From positions 24,688 to 88,687 of the forward strand of contig PDIP01000041.1 in the NCBI GenBank assembly GCA_002811645.1: a stretch of DNA of 64,000 nucleotides, read 5' to 3'. The stretch is from Corallochytrium limacisporum Hawaii. Lineage: Eukaryota; Protista; Pluriformea. The notes beneath the pieces are model-generated. The model made no database searches. It was not told where the DNA came from and was given only the letters and a program-made list of their open reading frames with translations. Below are positions 29,057 to 40,048 of this stretch, in pieces. The position numbers and the translations under genes are program-made. The first letter of the stretch is position 1, and every line of letters starts with the position of its first letter.

Positions 29057-32000
29057 TTAACCGCATGCACTCATGCCAGTCCATTTGTCAGGGACCATCA
29101 AGAAGTACCGATCCATGGCCTCCCGGAAACGATTCATGTAGTTCACGGGAGAAATGACAGTGGGCAACTTGCCTACGCCACCGAGGATACCAGACGACTT
29201 GACCCACATCTCCACCTTCTTATCCCACGTGAATGTGCGGATGTAGTCAATAATACCACACACGAGTTCGCCATTGGTCTCGTCAATACCGACCAAAAGG
29301 GAATAGTCCATAACCTTTTGGCTACACAGGAACGATGTGTCGCTCAGGATGGCTTCGCGCAAGAGCACTTTCGCGTGGGACCGGAGGAAAATGGGCGATT
29401 CGTACAAGAACTCTAGAAGATTTTCATCCAACAACACATCCCTGTCCTTCTCGACGTATCTGGAGCGGAGGGATCCCTTTAGATCAAACTTCATACTAAT
29501 TTGCCTGCCAAAGAACAGATTCTCCATCACGACTATGTCACGGGTCTCCACCTTACCTGTGGGACCGCGGGAGACCACGCGGAAGACACCTAGAATGCGT
29601 ACCAGCAGGCTTGGCTTGTTCTCCTCTTCGATCTTTTCAATGTTCTTCAGATAATTGAAGGTCAGGTTCATCACGTACTGACGCTCAACCCAGCTCATTT
29701 CCTTCAGAATGAAGCGATCGTCAGCTGTCTTGCGGAATTCGCTGCCCGACTTGCCACCCTGTGTGCGCCATTTCTTCGGATTCCGTAGGGACCGCACGAA
29801 AGCATCCTCACCGCCATCGATGAGCTTCTCACGGAGTTTGTGAAAGGCACAGGCGAAGTAGGACTTACAGTAGAACGTCGTGCGCTTTTCTTTGTCCACA
29901 AAGGTGCTACGAATGTGGACGTGTCGACCAATCTGTGGATCGCCACCCTCCTTGGACATCTGACCTTCCTCCATTTTATGCAGAGCAAAACTGCAGCCAG
30001 GACTCCATTTGCGGTGCTTAGTGCTGTCGTGTTGCTTGATCGGTGTCGAATCTCCACCTTTCTGGAATACCATACCCTCAACCACACGGTGTCGGTAGAG
30101 GTTGTCAGCAAGGGCGTATGCAATAACCGTAGACAATTCGTTGCTCTGCACCACTGCAGGTACAGCACCGTTCTGCTGCATGGAGAAATGACTTGTCGGT
30201 TTAAAGGGCGAACGAATACTCTGGAAGGCGCTCCAGTATGACGCAGCTACTGCAGCAGCTGCCGCTGCCATGTTCATGGTGCTAGCCGTGCTCTGAGTGC
30301 GATGATGCTTGTTGATAGAAGTCGATGAAGAGCCGCGGACAGATGAGCGGTGGCGTTCCATCGTTCCACGCTTCTCGCCGACACCACTAGCGGTGATGTT
30401 CGAAACTGAACCGCGCGCGCTCCTGCCACCAAACATCGGTTCCCCTACAGAAATAGCAGAATGGCCATGGGGCAGTCCCAGGCGGGTGGGCGAGGAGCCG
30501 TTACTGTCATTACTGTTGCGGTAGTCGAATACAGCGTCCTCTTCTCCAGAACCGAGGTCCGAGTCGCTGTGATCGCCACTGAACCAGAAGTGGTGGCCAG
30601 CCTTGCGAACATGTGGCCTGGACTCTAGCTCGCGCTCCATTGGAAAAGCGGAAGAAGACCGGGGACTGGCTGATACCGAATCCGGTGCGTTTGCGGCGGT
30701 TTCCCCGGTCATTCCTGGACCCAAGCTTTCTGACCGACTTAAAGCACCCACCACAGGCTTCGGCAGCAGGTTGGTGCCTGGCCTCGATCCAGTACCCTCA
30801 TGCAGGTGCTTCTGCGACGGTTCACGGTCAGATGGCATGGTCATCCACGAATCGTGAGTATCACTGACGTACGACATGGATTCTAGTTCCGAGCCCAGCG
30901 TCGCGTCATTGCCTACTGTGAGCAGTCCTGGTGAGCGCACCTCCACATGGCCGCTGACGACTTCTTTGTCCTTGTCCTTGTCCTTATCCTTTTCTTTGTC
31001 CTTGTCCCTGTCCCTGTCCCTGTCTTTGTCTCTATCCTTTGCTTCGGAGGCCTTGCCTTTTGCAGAGCCTAGGTCCGAGCGCTTCGTGGTGCTGTTCACA
31101 CGTGACCGCCCAAGAAAGCGTGCCTCATAGTGATTAACAAAGTCTGCGATTGTAGTATTCCAGAACCGTACCTGGGCCGCAATCGCGTACTTGGCCTTGA
31201 TCAGAATGTCTTGGCTTAGCTCATCATCATCTTCCTGGATATCCTTCACAGCCTGGGTCCACAGCTCCATCTCTCCCTCCAGCTGATTTCGCGATTTTTC
31301 CAATTGCTCGTTCATGTTGGCCACCTGGCCACTGATTTCCTCTGCACCGAACTGTGTGCCGAACGCACAATCGTCGACCTGAGCCAGACGACCCTCCACT
31401 TCCGCAAACAAAGCAGCAGCTGCATCGTTAAGCTCTTCCATTTCACTGACAGCAGTTTTCGCAAACGCTTCATTGTCGTACTCCTTGATGCCCATTACCA
31501 TTGTGTCTGAAGGCAAAGAGATCTCCAAAAGGTCAAGGTTGCCCCTGTCAACCATGATTGTGGTGTTGTGTTTGATGAAATAGATTACATGCTCAAAGAA
31601 AACAGAATGAGTACAGCCTGGTACGCGACATTGCAGTGACTCAGAGTACGTTGACAGCTCCAAGAACTTGCAGAACGACATGGTGAGAGTTTCCTGAGAT
31701 GCAACCACAGCGGTACTGAAAGAATGGCATCGCTTGCAATAAGTTAGCATGAGCACATCGCCCCCTTCTGGCTGCCAACGAATGCGTTCAATCAGCACAC
31801 TGATACGGAAGTTTCCATGCAAATAACTTTGCACATGCTGAGTAATGGGTAAGCCGCAGTCACTGCGAGGACACACAAACCTCCTGCTCACACAGCGATC
31901 GAGCCAATCACTGAGACGCTCATCGCCTTGGCCGTAATACTGGCAAGTCTTTTTGACTGGATCGATACACGGCCTAGTGCCTTGGGTGGTGCCCATGATG

Positions 32001-35000
32001 TACAAATACGAAATCTGCTGATGAACCATCGGACTCAAGGCATTCGGGTACTTTTGTCGATTGTCGCTACTGGCCAACCACTCCGCTGTGGTCTCGGTGA
32101 GCTTGCTGTCCTCACCGTCACCAACGCAGTCGCAATTATCACCCTTTGTACTATACAACTGGACCGGCAGGAACCGGTGACTGTCATTCGCCAGACCCCG
32201 ATCAGTGTAGAGATATGGCATGGGAAGGGTTGCAAACACAGAGCTGAGGACGCATGTTCGATAGAGAAGCCGTTTAAAGCGATGAGCTTCCGCCTGACGC
32301 TCTTGCTGTTTGTCCTGCTTGCTCTGCAGCGGATGGAGACTGACAGCATTTTCCACTTCAAACGGATTCGCAGTTATTTCAGCCAATGGGGTAAGCGGCA
32401 TTCCTTGCTGTGGAGGAGCCCCATCCACAAACTCAAGATCAGGAATGGCACTGAAGCAGTCAAGCAAAAACCGTGACTCCAGGCGCAAATGATATGCAAT
32501 CCCGATCAAGAAGTCTAGCACAGATCTCACGTACACAAGGCGCTCAGAATCCTCGTCACATAACACTACACTGCAGCCTCGAGCTGCTTCAAATCCGACA
32601 AAATATGCCAAGGACTGATGCAAGGTTCCTGTTCGATAATCTCGCACATAGAAGTGCGGACAGTGCTTCAGTTGGGCATCGATGTCCAGTTCATCGATAT
32701 CATGGTGAATGTGTGTTTGCAGCAGGTGCGCCAATTGCTCCATATCTCTTTGATTGACGTTGTGAATAAGAGTAATGCCTACTGCTAATAGCATTTGCTG
32801 GGCAACTCTGCTCACAACGTGCTTCGAGACGACCACATCAGGCTCTTGGTCGGCAATTCTGGTTACCAAATAGCTTAGGTATATCTCTTCCTCCTTCAAT
32901 ACATAGTCAAGAGGGACAATATCACCACTTTTCTTGGGGCCTTTGTACTCAACCTCGAAATCAATCAGGAGCACCTTGGCATCCGCAACATCGCTGCGCA
33001 TTCGCCGATGAACAACATGCCGACTGATGACCAACCCATAAGCGTGATGGCTTTGAAACTTCGGAACTCCTAACACAGTCTTCAAATGTACATAGAACCT
33101 GGGATCAATAGTTGAAGACTGCTTGGAAGGGCGCAGAGTCTCAGCGATGCGAATCAGGATTCCTTGCATGAGTTCAACCCATTCATCATCCTTGAGGAGC
33201 TGCATGGTCATGTTCCTCAGGTATTGTTGTGCATACTTACGAGCCTTCTTGAGCAATGCGGCCCGCTGATTCTTGTTCCCGGATGTGAGTTGCTGCTTAT
33301 CAGTTGGCTTTCCTCCGGCTTCAGCGGGCATTGCATTGCCGAAGTCTTCAAGAGATTTACGTGCCTTTTTCAATGCGTGATAGTCCTCGCGAGACAGAAT
33401 TACTTCCTTCCGCTTCACTCGAATACTATTGACGTTCCAACGCCACCGCTTTTTGTCCATTTTCTTTTTGTCACCAGTGCTCGTCTGAGGCACTGGCATT
33501 GCGTGGCCGGCCTCATTAATTTCGCTTTCGCATTCACTGTCGCCATCCCCACCACCAGAAGTATCAAGCATGGAGTTCAATTTCATCTGCACATCTGTGT
33601 CTACAGACAGTGCGTCATTGCCTGTGTCGTTGCCGGTGTCATTTGCTGTCTCGCCATCATCCGTTTGCAAGTCCCACACATTTGGCTTAGAGTCATCTCT
33701 GGCTGGGTCTGTGGTCTGATTGCCCCCTTGGATTCCCTCGGGGGTCCTAGTAGTCTTCTCCACAGTCCCATCGACTTCAGGAGTTTCCTCAGTCCCGATT
33801 GATGTCACCTGTGGTGTTGCGCCACGAGATGTGGAGGTGCTCCCTTGCGGCTCTGGCTTTTGCAAGATCGTCCTACTCACCTGTGGGTTGACAGGGGCCT
33901 GTTCATTCTCAGCATTGAGAATTTGCTGCATCCAGATCGGCGCAGCACCATCGTCCGGGATGTTATCGTCCTCAATCTCATCAAAACCAAGCTCGTCAAT
34001 TTTCTCTTGATCGAAAGCCCACAACTCGTACTCATCTTCAAAACGGTCCCTTTCTGCCTCTTCGTCCTCACTTTCCTCATCTGCTGGTGCGGATGCACCA
34101 CAGATGAAATAGACTGTATCGTAATCTGCCAGCACCCGCATCAACGAGATGGCAGTATCCCGATCCTCCGCGTAGCCATTCCAAAGAAGCCAATCAACTG
34201 CTTTTGACGCAACAAAAGTACCTGGGTACTCGACCATGCGATATCTATGCGTCTTGACTTCGAGCGCATGGGCACTCTTGGACATTGCCCAACAAAGTTG
34301 ATGGATACTGCGTCGGCGCTCAAGCTCATCGGCTTCATGTTGACTGATCATTTTTGTCAGAACATTTCCTGAGATTCCTGGGTTTGGCAAATCAGGAATA
34401 CTCATATCTTTCAGCTCACCGCGTTCCTGTACAGTGGTGAGGTAGGTCCTGACAGCGTGACTACACCAATTGCAAATGCGAATACTAAAGGCTGGTGCTT
34501 CCGGTCCAAAATCTGAACCATTCAGGTATTGGGAGCAGCATCGCCAACAAAAGACTAATCCACACAGTCTACAATGGTGACGACGCCGGAATGTTGTAAA
34601 TGTAGCCTGGCAGTCATTGCAGCACTCCGTCTGATAGTCGGGCATCCAATAGCTTTTATCAAGCATCTCTGACTCGCCACCCAGGTAGGTGCGGAGTCGC
34701 TCAATGACCTTGACATGACTCCGCGACGACTGTGTTGACATCTCTGGTGGTTCGTCGGTGGAAGCCAAAGTGGTGAGACCAGCAGCTTCCGCCACATCTG
34801 AACCTGAAGGTGCGAGGGCCGCCCCACCATTCCTGATTTTACCGGCGGACATACTTCCTGTCACAAATGAAGCCCGCGGAATCCGTGGAGAGGGTGATCC
34901 CGCATTGTTTCTCGAACTGGGCACCAAGGGTGGCCGAAGACTGCTACTGAGTGCCCGTTCCGGTTCCTTGCCCTTACTACGGAGAGGTGAATGTCCCTCT

Positions 35001-35551
35001 GACATTCGTTCAGTATCGGTCATGAGCTGTACGAATGATGGAACACTGAACGTGCGAGATTCTCGAAGAGATCGAGTTGATCCCCAATCTTCGGAGGATA
35101 GATTCGGTAATCTAGGGCGTGAACGGCGCCTTAGAACTCCGTCTGCAATACTTGTCGGTGCATTGTGATCTTGAGGAATGCTCTCTGCCGAGTCGTTGAG
35201 CGCCGTCCGACTTCCCACCGTTTGCTGTGAGCCTGTTAGTCGTCCAGGTGATTCTTTCTTTTCTGGAACACCTCGTCCACCTATAAGCCAGTCCCAGCCA
35301 CTGGATGGTTGTACCGGTGACCCTTGTCCCGTTGGTTTGGTAGGTGAGCTAGGTTGCTGTTGTCCCAAAGTCAATACATCCTTAAATGCTTGTTCTATTC
35401 GAATTCCAAATGTACGAAACCCTTCAACTATCCCTTCTCCAAATGCTTTCGCACTTCCCGAGTCTGGTTCAGCATCTGCGGGACTGTCCACGAGAGGACC
35501 AAACGTCGTCAATTGACGCGACGTATCTCTTGATAGTGCAAGTCGACTCAT
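29057..35551 (-). CDS. PIKFYVE: PI(3)P 5-kinase PIKfyve/Fab1
   Basis: FYVE (WMPD...RRRHHCRLCG), DEP (HRYRMVEYPGTFVASKAVDWL), CCT/Cpn60-like region, cysteine-rich region, and PIPK domain (QGGKSGS, FDLKGS, MDYSLLVGID, GIIDYIRTFTWDKK). Confidence 0.96.
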   Translation of the reverse strand: MSRLALSRDTSRQLTTFGPLVDSPADAEPDSGSAKAFGEGIVEGFRTFGIRIEQAFKDVLTLGQQQPSSPTKPTGQGSPVQPSSGWDWLIGGRGVPEKKESPGRLTGSQQTVGSRTALNDSAESIPQDHNAPTSIADGVLRRRSRPRLPNLSSEDWGSTRSLRESRTFSVPSFVQLMTDTERMSEGHSPLRSKGKEPERALSSSLRPPLVPSSRNNAGSPSPRIPRASFVTGSMSAGKIRNGGAALAPSGSDVAEAAGLTTLASTDEPPEMSTQSSRSHVKVIERLRTYLGGESEMLDKSYWMPDYQTECCNDCQATFTTFRRRHHCRLCGLVFCWRCCSQYLNGSDFGPEAPAFSIRICNWCSHAVRTYLTTVQERGELKDMSIPDLPNPGISGNVLTKMISQHEADELERRRSIHQLCWAMSKSAHALEVKTHRYRMVEYPGTFVASKAVDWLLWNGYAEDRDTAISLMRVLADYDTVYFICGASAPADEESEDEEAERDRFEDEYELWAFDQEKIDELGFDEIEDDNIPDDGAAPIWMQQILNAENEQAPVNPQVSRTILQKPEPQGSTSTSRGATPQVTSIGTEETPEVDGTVEKTTRTPEGIQGGNQTTDPARDDSKPNVWDLQTDDGETANDTGNDTGNDALSVDTDVQMKLNSMLDTSGGGDGDSECESEINEAGHAMPVPQTSTGDKKKMDKKRWRWNVNSIRVKRKEVILSREDYHALKKARKSLEDFGNAMPAEAGGKPTDKQQLTSGNKNQRAALLKKARKYAQQYLRNMTMQLLKDDEWVELMQGILIRIAETLRPSKQSSTIDPRFYVHLKTVLGVPKFQSHHAYGLVISRHVVHRRMRSDVADAKVLLIDFEVEYKGPKKSGDIVPLDYVLKEEEIYLSYLVTRIADQEPDVVVSKHVVSRVAQQMLLAVGITLIHNVNQRDMEQLAHLLQTHIHHDIDELDIDAQLKHCPHFYVRDYRTGTLHQSLAYFVGFEAARGCSVVLCDEDSERLVYVRSVLDFLIGIAYHLRLESRFLLDCFSAIPDLEFVDGAPPQQGMPLTPLAEITANPFEVENAVSLHPLQSKQDKQQERQAEAHRFKRLLYRTCVLSSVFATLPMPYLYTDRGLANDSHRFLPVQLYSTKGDNCDCVGDGEDSKLTETTAEWLASSDNRQKYPNALSPMVHQQISYLYIMGTTQGTRPCIDPVKKTCQYYGQGDERLSDWLDRCVSRRFVCPRSDCGLPITQHVQSYLHGNFRISVLIERIRWQPEGGDVLMLTYCKRCHSFSTAVVASQETLTMSFCKFLELSTYSESLQCRVPGCTHSVFFEHVIYFIKHNTTIMVDRGNLDLLEISLPSDTMVMGIKEYDNEAFAKTAVSEMEELNDAAAALFAEVEGRLAQVDDCAFGTQFGAEEISGQVANMNEQLEKSRNQLEGEMELWTQAVKDIQEDDDELSQDILIKAKYAIAAQVRFWNTTIADFVNHYEARFLGRSRVNSTTKRSDLGSAKGKASEAKDRDKDRDRDRDKDKEKDKDKDKDKEVVSGHVEVRSPGLLTVGNDATLGSELESMSYVSDTHDSWMTMPSDREPSQKHLHEGTGSRPGTNLLPKPVVGALSRSESLGPGMTGETAANAPDSVSASPRSSSAFPMERELESRPHVRKAGHHFWFSGDHSDSDLGSGEEDAVFDYRNSNDSNGSSPTRLGLPHGHSAISVGEPMFGGRSARGSVSNITASGVGEKRGTMERHRSSVRGSSSTSINKHHRTQSTASTMNMAAAAAAVAASYWSAFQSIRSPFKPTSHFSMQQNGAVPAVVQSNELSTVIAYALADNLYRHRVVEGMVFQKGGDSTPIKQHDSTKHRKWSPGCSFALHKMEEGQMSKEGGDPQIGRHVHIRSTFVDKEKRTTFYCKSYFACAFHKLREKLIDGGEDAFVRSLRNPKKWRTQGGKSGSEFRKTADDRFILKEMSWVERQYVMNLTFNYLKNIEKIEEENKPSLLVRILGVFRVVSRGPTGKVETRDIVVMENLFFGRQISMKFDLKGSLRSRYVEKDRDVLLDENLLEFLYESPIFLRSHAKVLLREAILSDTSFLCSQKVMDYSLLVGIDETNGELVCGIIDYIRTFTWDKKVEMWVKSSGILGGVGKLPTVISPVNYMNRFREAMDRYFLMVPDKWTGMSACG

Positions 35552-36103
35552 CGCCCTGATTAAACTTCAAGGAAATGCCCTTGACATCTTCGTTCACGTC
35601 ATTCTGATTAGTTATTCGCCCAAAACATATGGCACTCAAATCTACACCTGTCAACACCGCTGTTTCACTCCGGAATAATTACATTGGAATGTCTTTTATA
35701 CTCTACGTGAGGCCACCCGCTGCCGAGAGTGAGGCGAGCGAGCGGGGTGAGGAGGGGTAGGGCTTGTCCCTCAGAAAAACAGCCACTCAGCTCTGTGTCT
35801 TCCCAACGAGAATCTTCTTCGGCGTACATACCCACCGCCTGCCCTGCTCCTCAATTGGACTAGAAATGGTCTGACTGGAACCTTGTTCAGAAGTGCAGAG
35901 GGTTTGGGGGGGGGGAGGGAAATTCACGGAGGGGATAAGGACGGGAGCGGGTTTTGGCGCGGATACCTGCTGTGCGCAGCTACTTGGTGACAAAGGTGTC
36001 ACACAGTGTGTTGGGCGTAACAAGGTCCTGCGGATGAGGCGGATTGTAGACTAGACAAAAGCCAGTCAGGCGAGTAAAACACTGTAATGGTGTCACTAAG
36101 AAA

Positions 36104-37768
36104 ATGAGACAATCAAGTTGGACAGGGTGCTCATGGCAGTCGTCATTGAAGCATGCGGAATGGACCCATGGTCCAAAACCACTCGATGCGACCAATGAAT
36201 CCCATCGGGATCTCTTTTCACGGATAAACGTCAGACCAGAACATCCTTTTCCACTCTCGATATTTATATCTGGGGACTGTGCATCAGCGGGCGATGAGAG
36301 TGAAAAGTCCGCCAATTTGGCACGGAAGGAACCAGCAGAGTGTGCTGCGACAGACAATGCGACAGTACACCCAAACGACATCACGATGGAATCCAATCAT
36401 GGCTCGCTCACAATGACTTCTGAGGATCTTCCACGGCACACTGATCCAGGCAGAACACATCAACATAGCGACCTCCAGGCCCATGTTGAGAAAGACGGAG
36501 TTGGTGTTGAAGAACATATATCGCGACATATTGATCGGTTCCGCATTAATGACGTCGTCAATGGCATTGAACAGATCCAGGAGCAAGCGAGAGTTCAAGC
36601 AGCCGAGACCAAACAGACCTGGGAAAGAATTAAAAATCAGAGTGACAGCACGGCTGACGTCCGTCAGGTCTTGGAAGAAGTGGTAACCAAGCTTGGTAAC
36701 TTGGATTCCTTGGTAGAAACAGTACTGCGTCTGGGAATACAACAGCAGGAATCCACGGAAGCAGGTGCGGAAAGAGGTGTAGCTTCAGTTGAAGACAGTG
36801 TGGTGCCGACCAATGTTGTTGTAGGACAGAAGAATGCGATTGCTGAATTACAAAGATCCGTATGCTCCGCAACGTCACACACCACAGAAATCGCTTCACC
36901 ATCCAAAGGATACGTTGGAGCAGCGCCTCCGGGTGAAGTCGCAGACTACGCCACCCGAGTGCAAGTAAGGTCACTACGCACGGCAAATGAGACCCTTCAG
37001 AAGAGCGCAATATTCCTTAAAGTGCTGGATCATGAGAGTCGTAAGCAGCGTCTTGGCAAAGAGCAAATCGAGGTCATGGAAGAACTACGTCGGCGCCAGT
37101 ACATGTATTACGCTAAGCACACTTCAGCACTGTGGGAGCGTGACTGGCAAGAGCACCTGGCGCTTGATGTGAAGGATGTGACTGAACGACTGAATGCTCG
37201 CCTTGACTACGATCTGCCGCATATCGATTTCGACAACCCAGATGAACACCCACGCGTGCGTGCTCCCGCACTCGATGCAGATGCGCAGGGCATGATGGTC
37301 GCAAGCTGGTTGAATCAACGCACAATGGCTAATGAAATAGGAAAAAGACACAATGAAGAGGCCTTGCTTTCGAAGCAAAAGGGAATATTGGGCAGATTGC
37401 AGAGGATTTCACAAGAGGAGGGAGAAATTAAGCGCATGCAGCAAGGACTCCTGAAGTTGGAGGAAGTGGCGCGCTCAAAAAGAGAAGAGGATAAAGCAAT
37501 AACCGAGCTCAGCAAGAAGCCGACTCGGGGTGATGCTCCCGTGTACGATGCTCTTGTAGGGCATGAGAACTTTATTGAAGCAGCAAAGGAAATCGAGGAC
37601 CAGCACATCCCGGGTGAGCCTGCCAATGTCCCAGATGCGTCGGAAGTGGCAGAGGTGATTCAGGAAGAGTTCTCTGCCATACAGAACAGGCTGAAGTTAG
37701 AGGATGAGCTCCATTTTGAGGATGTGGATGAAGCCTTCGCAGATTTTGATGAATTCCAAGTTTTATAA
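36104..37768 (+). CDS. Hypothetical coiled-coil protein
   Basis: 554-aa ORF with E/Q/K-rich helical stretches; the true start may be a later ATG. An E2F-like TTTTGGCGCG lies upstream at 35952-35961. Confidence 0.7.
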   Translation: MRQSSWTGCSWQSSLKHAEWTHGPKPLDATNESHRDLFSRINVRPEHPFPLSIFISGDCASAGDESEKSANLARKEPAECAATDNATVHPNDITMESNHGSLTMTSEDLPRHTDPGRTHQHSDLQAHVEKDGVGVEEHISRHIDRFRINDVVNGIEQIQEQARVQAAETKQTWERIKNQSDSTADVRQVLEEVVTKLGNLDSLVETVLRLGIQQQESTEAGAERGVASVEDSVVPTNVVVGQKNAIAELQRSVCSATSHTTEIASPSKGYVGAAPPGEVADYATRVQVRSLRTANETLQKSAIFLKVLDHESRKQRLGKEQIEVMEELRRRQYMYYAKHTSALWERDWQEHLALDVKDVTERLNARLDYDLPHIDFDNPDEHPRVRAPALDADAQGMMVASWLNQRTMANEIGKRHNEEALLSKQKGILGRLQRISQEEGEIKRMQQGLLKLEEVARSKREEDKAITELSKKPTRGDAPVYDALVGHENFIEAAKEIEDQHIPGEPANVPDASEVAEVIQEEFSAIQNRLKLEDELHFEDVDEAFADFDEFQVL

Positions 37769-37783
37769 TTACAAAGTATTTTG

Positions 37784-39025
37784 TTACTGGAACAATGGCA
37801 GTTCCTGAAGCTGTTCTACCGTAATCCGTCCTGCAGGATCCCGAACGAGCATTTGGCGTAGTGCATTGTTCCAGTCTCCTTCAATGTCGTTTGGGAACTG
37901 GGGGATCTCCTTGCTCATACCTATATGAAAAAGTGCAGCCATCGGCTCCAATTTATACCAAGGCGGCTTCCCAGTCATCATTTCGATTACAGTGCAACCC
38001 AAAGACCAGACGTCAGTCCGACGCCCGTATCCAGCACCAAGGACCATCTCCGGACTCATCCAATATGGTGTGCCGATACTAGTTTTGGCATTCAGTGTGG
38101 ATGGCTTCGATACGCTCTGAATCATGGTCGATGCCCCAAAGTCGCCTAATTTGGCACTACCTTGCATGTCCATTAGAATATTGGCACATTTGACATCCCT
38201 ATGGATAATATGGTGGCAATGCAAGTAGTCCAAGCCTCTCAGGACATCGGAAGTGATCCTCTGAATAGTAGCTAGGTTGAGGGGACCTGCCTTCAGCATT
38301 GATCCAACACTACCGTGTTCCATATACTCCATTTGAATGTGAACCTCTTCATCCTTGAAGCAGATCCCAAAGCAGTGAATGATGTTCCGGTGTCGAAGGC
38401 TTTGCATCAACGTAATTTCTATGGCTATCCGCTGCAGTGTCCCCAACGTCTCTGCCCCGGAGGACTGCGTGGTCCTTTCATCGTTATTGCAAATCGAGCT
38501 AGCATACGTGTTCGAAAGTGCAGACAAACTTGCAAGCTGTCCCTGCAGCTCATGGGCCTGTGGGCCAATATGCACAATTTTGCTGGCAAATTCCGTCTGC
38601 TGCTTGTTGTCGACACATAGCCACACCTCACCAAATCCGCCAGCGCCAATGCGGCGAACAGTCGTCCAACTGTCGATGTAGTTCCTATTGTGCAGAGCCT
38701 TGGCTTGTTCTACAGTCGAGGTATCTGGCTGCGTTACACAGTGATTCAGAACAGACTCAGAGAGATGCTTCTTCAGTTCCACTTGCTTCTCATTTTCGGT
38801 GAGAATCTGATCAGCAAGCGCCTCTTGGTCCGCGTGTCTGAGAAAAATACATTGAAGAGAGTCTAATTCTAGAGGCACGACAGATCCCGAACGGTCACGG
38901 CTAGGCTTTATCTGACAAGGATTGATATCTTCCACCTTGGGCATACGTTTGTTCGCCCGTCCCTCATGGTACGCGGCTGCGGCGTTGCGTTCGGCCAGGG
39001 CATGATCCGTGAATTCTGGGGTCAT
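37784..39025 (-). CDS. STE11/MEKK-family MAP kinase kinase kinase
   Basis: First ATG 39025. GAGGFGEV, HRDVKCANIL, KLGDFGAS, GTPYWMSPE, DVWSLGCTVIEM-TGKPPW..EPMAALFHI. Confidence 0.9.
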   Translation of the reverse strand: MTPEFTDHALAERNAAAAYHEGRANKRMPKVEDINPCQIKPSRDRSGSVVPLELDSLQCIFLRHADQEALADQILTENEKQVELKKHLSESVLNHCVTQPDTSTVEQAKALHNRNYIDSWTTVRRIGAGGFGEVWLCVDNKQQTEFASKIVHIGPQAHELQGQLASLSALSNTYASSICNNDERTTQSSGAETLGTLQRIAIEITLMQSLRHRNIIHCFGICFKDEEVHIQMEYMEHGSVGSMLKAGPLNLATIQRITSDVLRGLDYLHCHHIIHRDVKCANILMDMQGSAKLGDFGASTMIQSVSKPSTLNAKTSIGTPYWMSPEMVLGAGYGRRTDVWSLGCTVIEMMTGKPPWYKLEPMAALFHIGMSKEIPQFPNDIEGDWNNALRQMLVRDPAGRITVEQLQELPLFQ

Positions 39026-40048
39026 GACTTGCTCCACATCATTCGAGAAAGTTGATTACGGCAAGAAAATGAGCGAAATCGTAATATAATCTCAACTGAC
39101 CGGGGTTGTCACTTTAAGGACCTGCAGTGGCTTCCTTTGCTCAAGCATAGCGGGTCTCTTCCGTCCGAACCCGCTCCGAAGAGTTGGGGCGAGGTTTCTG
39201 TGGGGAACGCCCAGATTTAACCCGGCCGAAGTGAGACCGCTACCAAAGAAACAATTGGTGCATCAATCCAACTGCAAAGTAGCCCAAGCTAGTAGGGAGC
39301 GGTTTCGAGGTCAGGCCTTACCCATGCAGAAATTTTTGTTTTCCCTTTCTGCCTTCGGGTTTTCTTCTATTCCTGCTGCCGCGAGAAGCAGGCAACAAAA
39401 GTGGGCCATTCGTAAGGAAAAGCGAGAATTTTTCTTTCGAGTCTCGCCCTTCGGCAATATGCCGGCAGCTCCTGCCGCGTCACCGCAAGCCTTGGCAGTT
39501 ACCGTACTTTGGGTATCGAAACTCAGGACTGCACGAAAACAGGCAAAGGCCGCACGATCGATTGAATCATTCCCGCGTAAAAGGCAAGCGGAGGGACCCA
39601 GCACTTGATTCCCTTTCGAGTGAAGTAAGCCATTAAGACAAGAAGTTGCGACGAATGGACGAGATGGCTGTTGCAGGGTCTCGGACTCTACAATGCACGG
39701 TGCAGTCTGTATGTTCCTGCTCAGTTGGTGAAGGGGTTTTGTAAAGGGGAGTTGAGGTCCCGAATGGGTTGGCGAGATTTGTGGGGTGATGTGGGAGCGA
39801 TTTTTGGTTGGTGCACGAGCGACTTTGGTGGCATGTGAATGACGATGTAATCCACGACAGGCGGCCGATATCCGGTGCAGGGAGACAAAATGCCATTTGT
39901 CGTGTCTCATGTAAGGTCCAAGAGACGTTCATTGTACTTACGCCATCTTTGTAAACAGGTATGGAATGCGAGAACGTGCTCAAAGTTTGATTTTCTGCGT
40001 ACATCACGGATGAGTAGCTCCGTTAGTACACAGGCTGAATAGAACAGG

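Noticed and set aside
30965-31040. Tandem hexamer repeat within PIKfyve, and CAG/GCT runs in NCoR and RME-8
   Set aside because: These are coding low-complexity tracts (DK/DR, polyQ, polyA), not independent elements.
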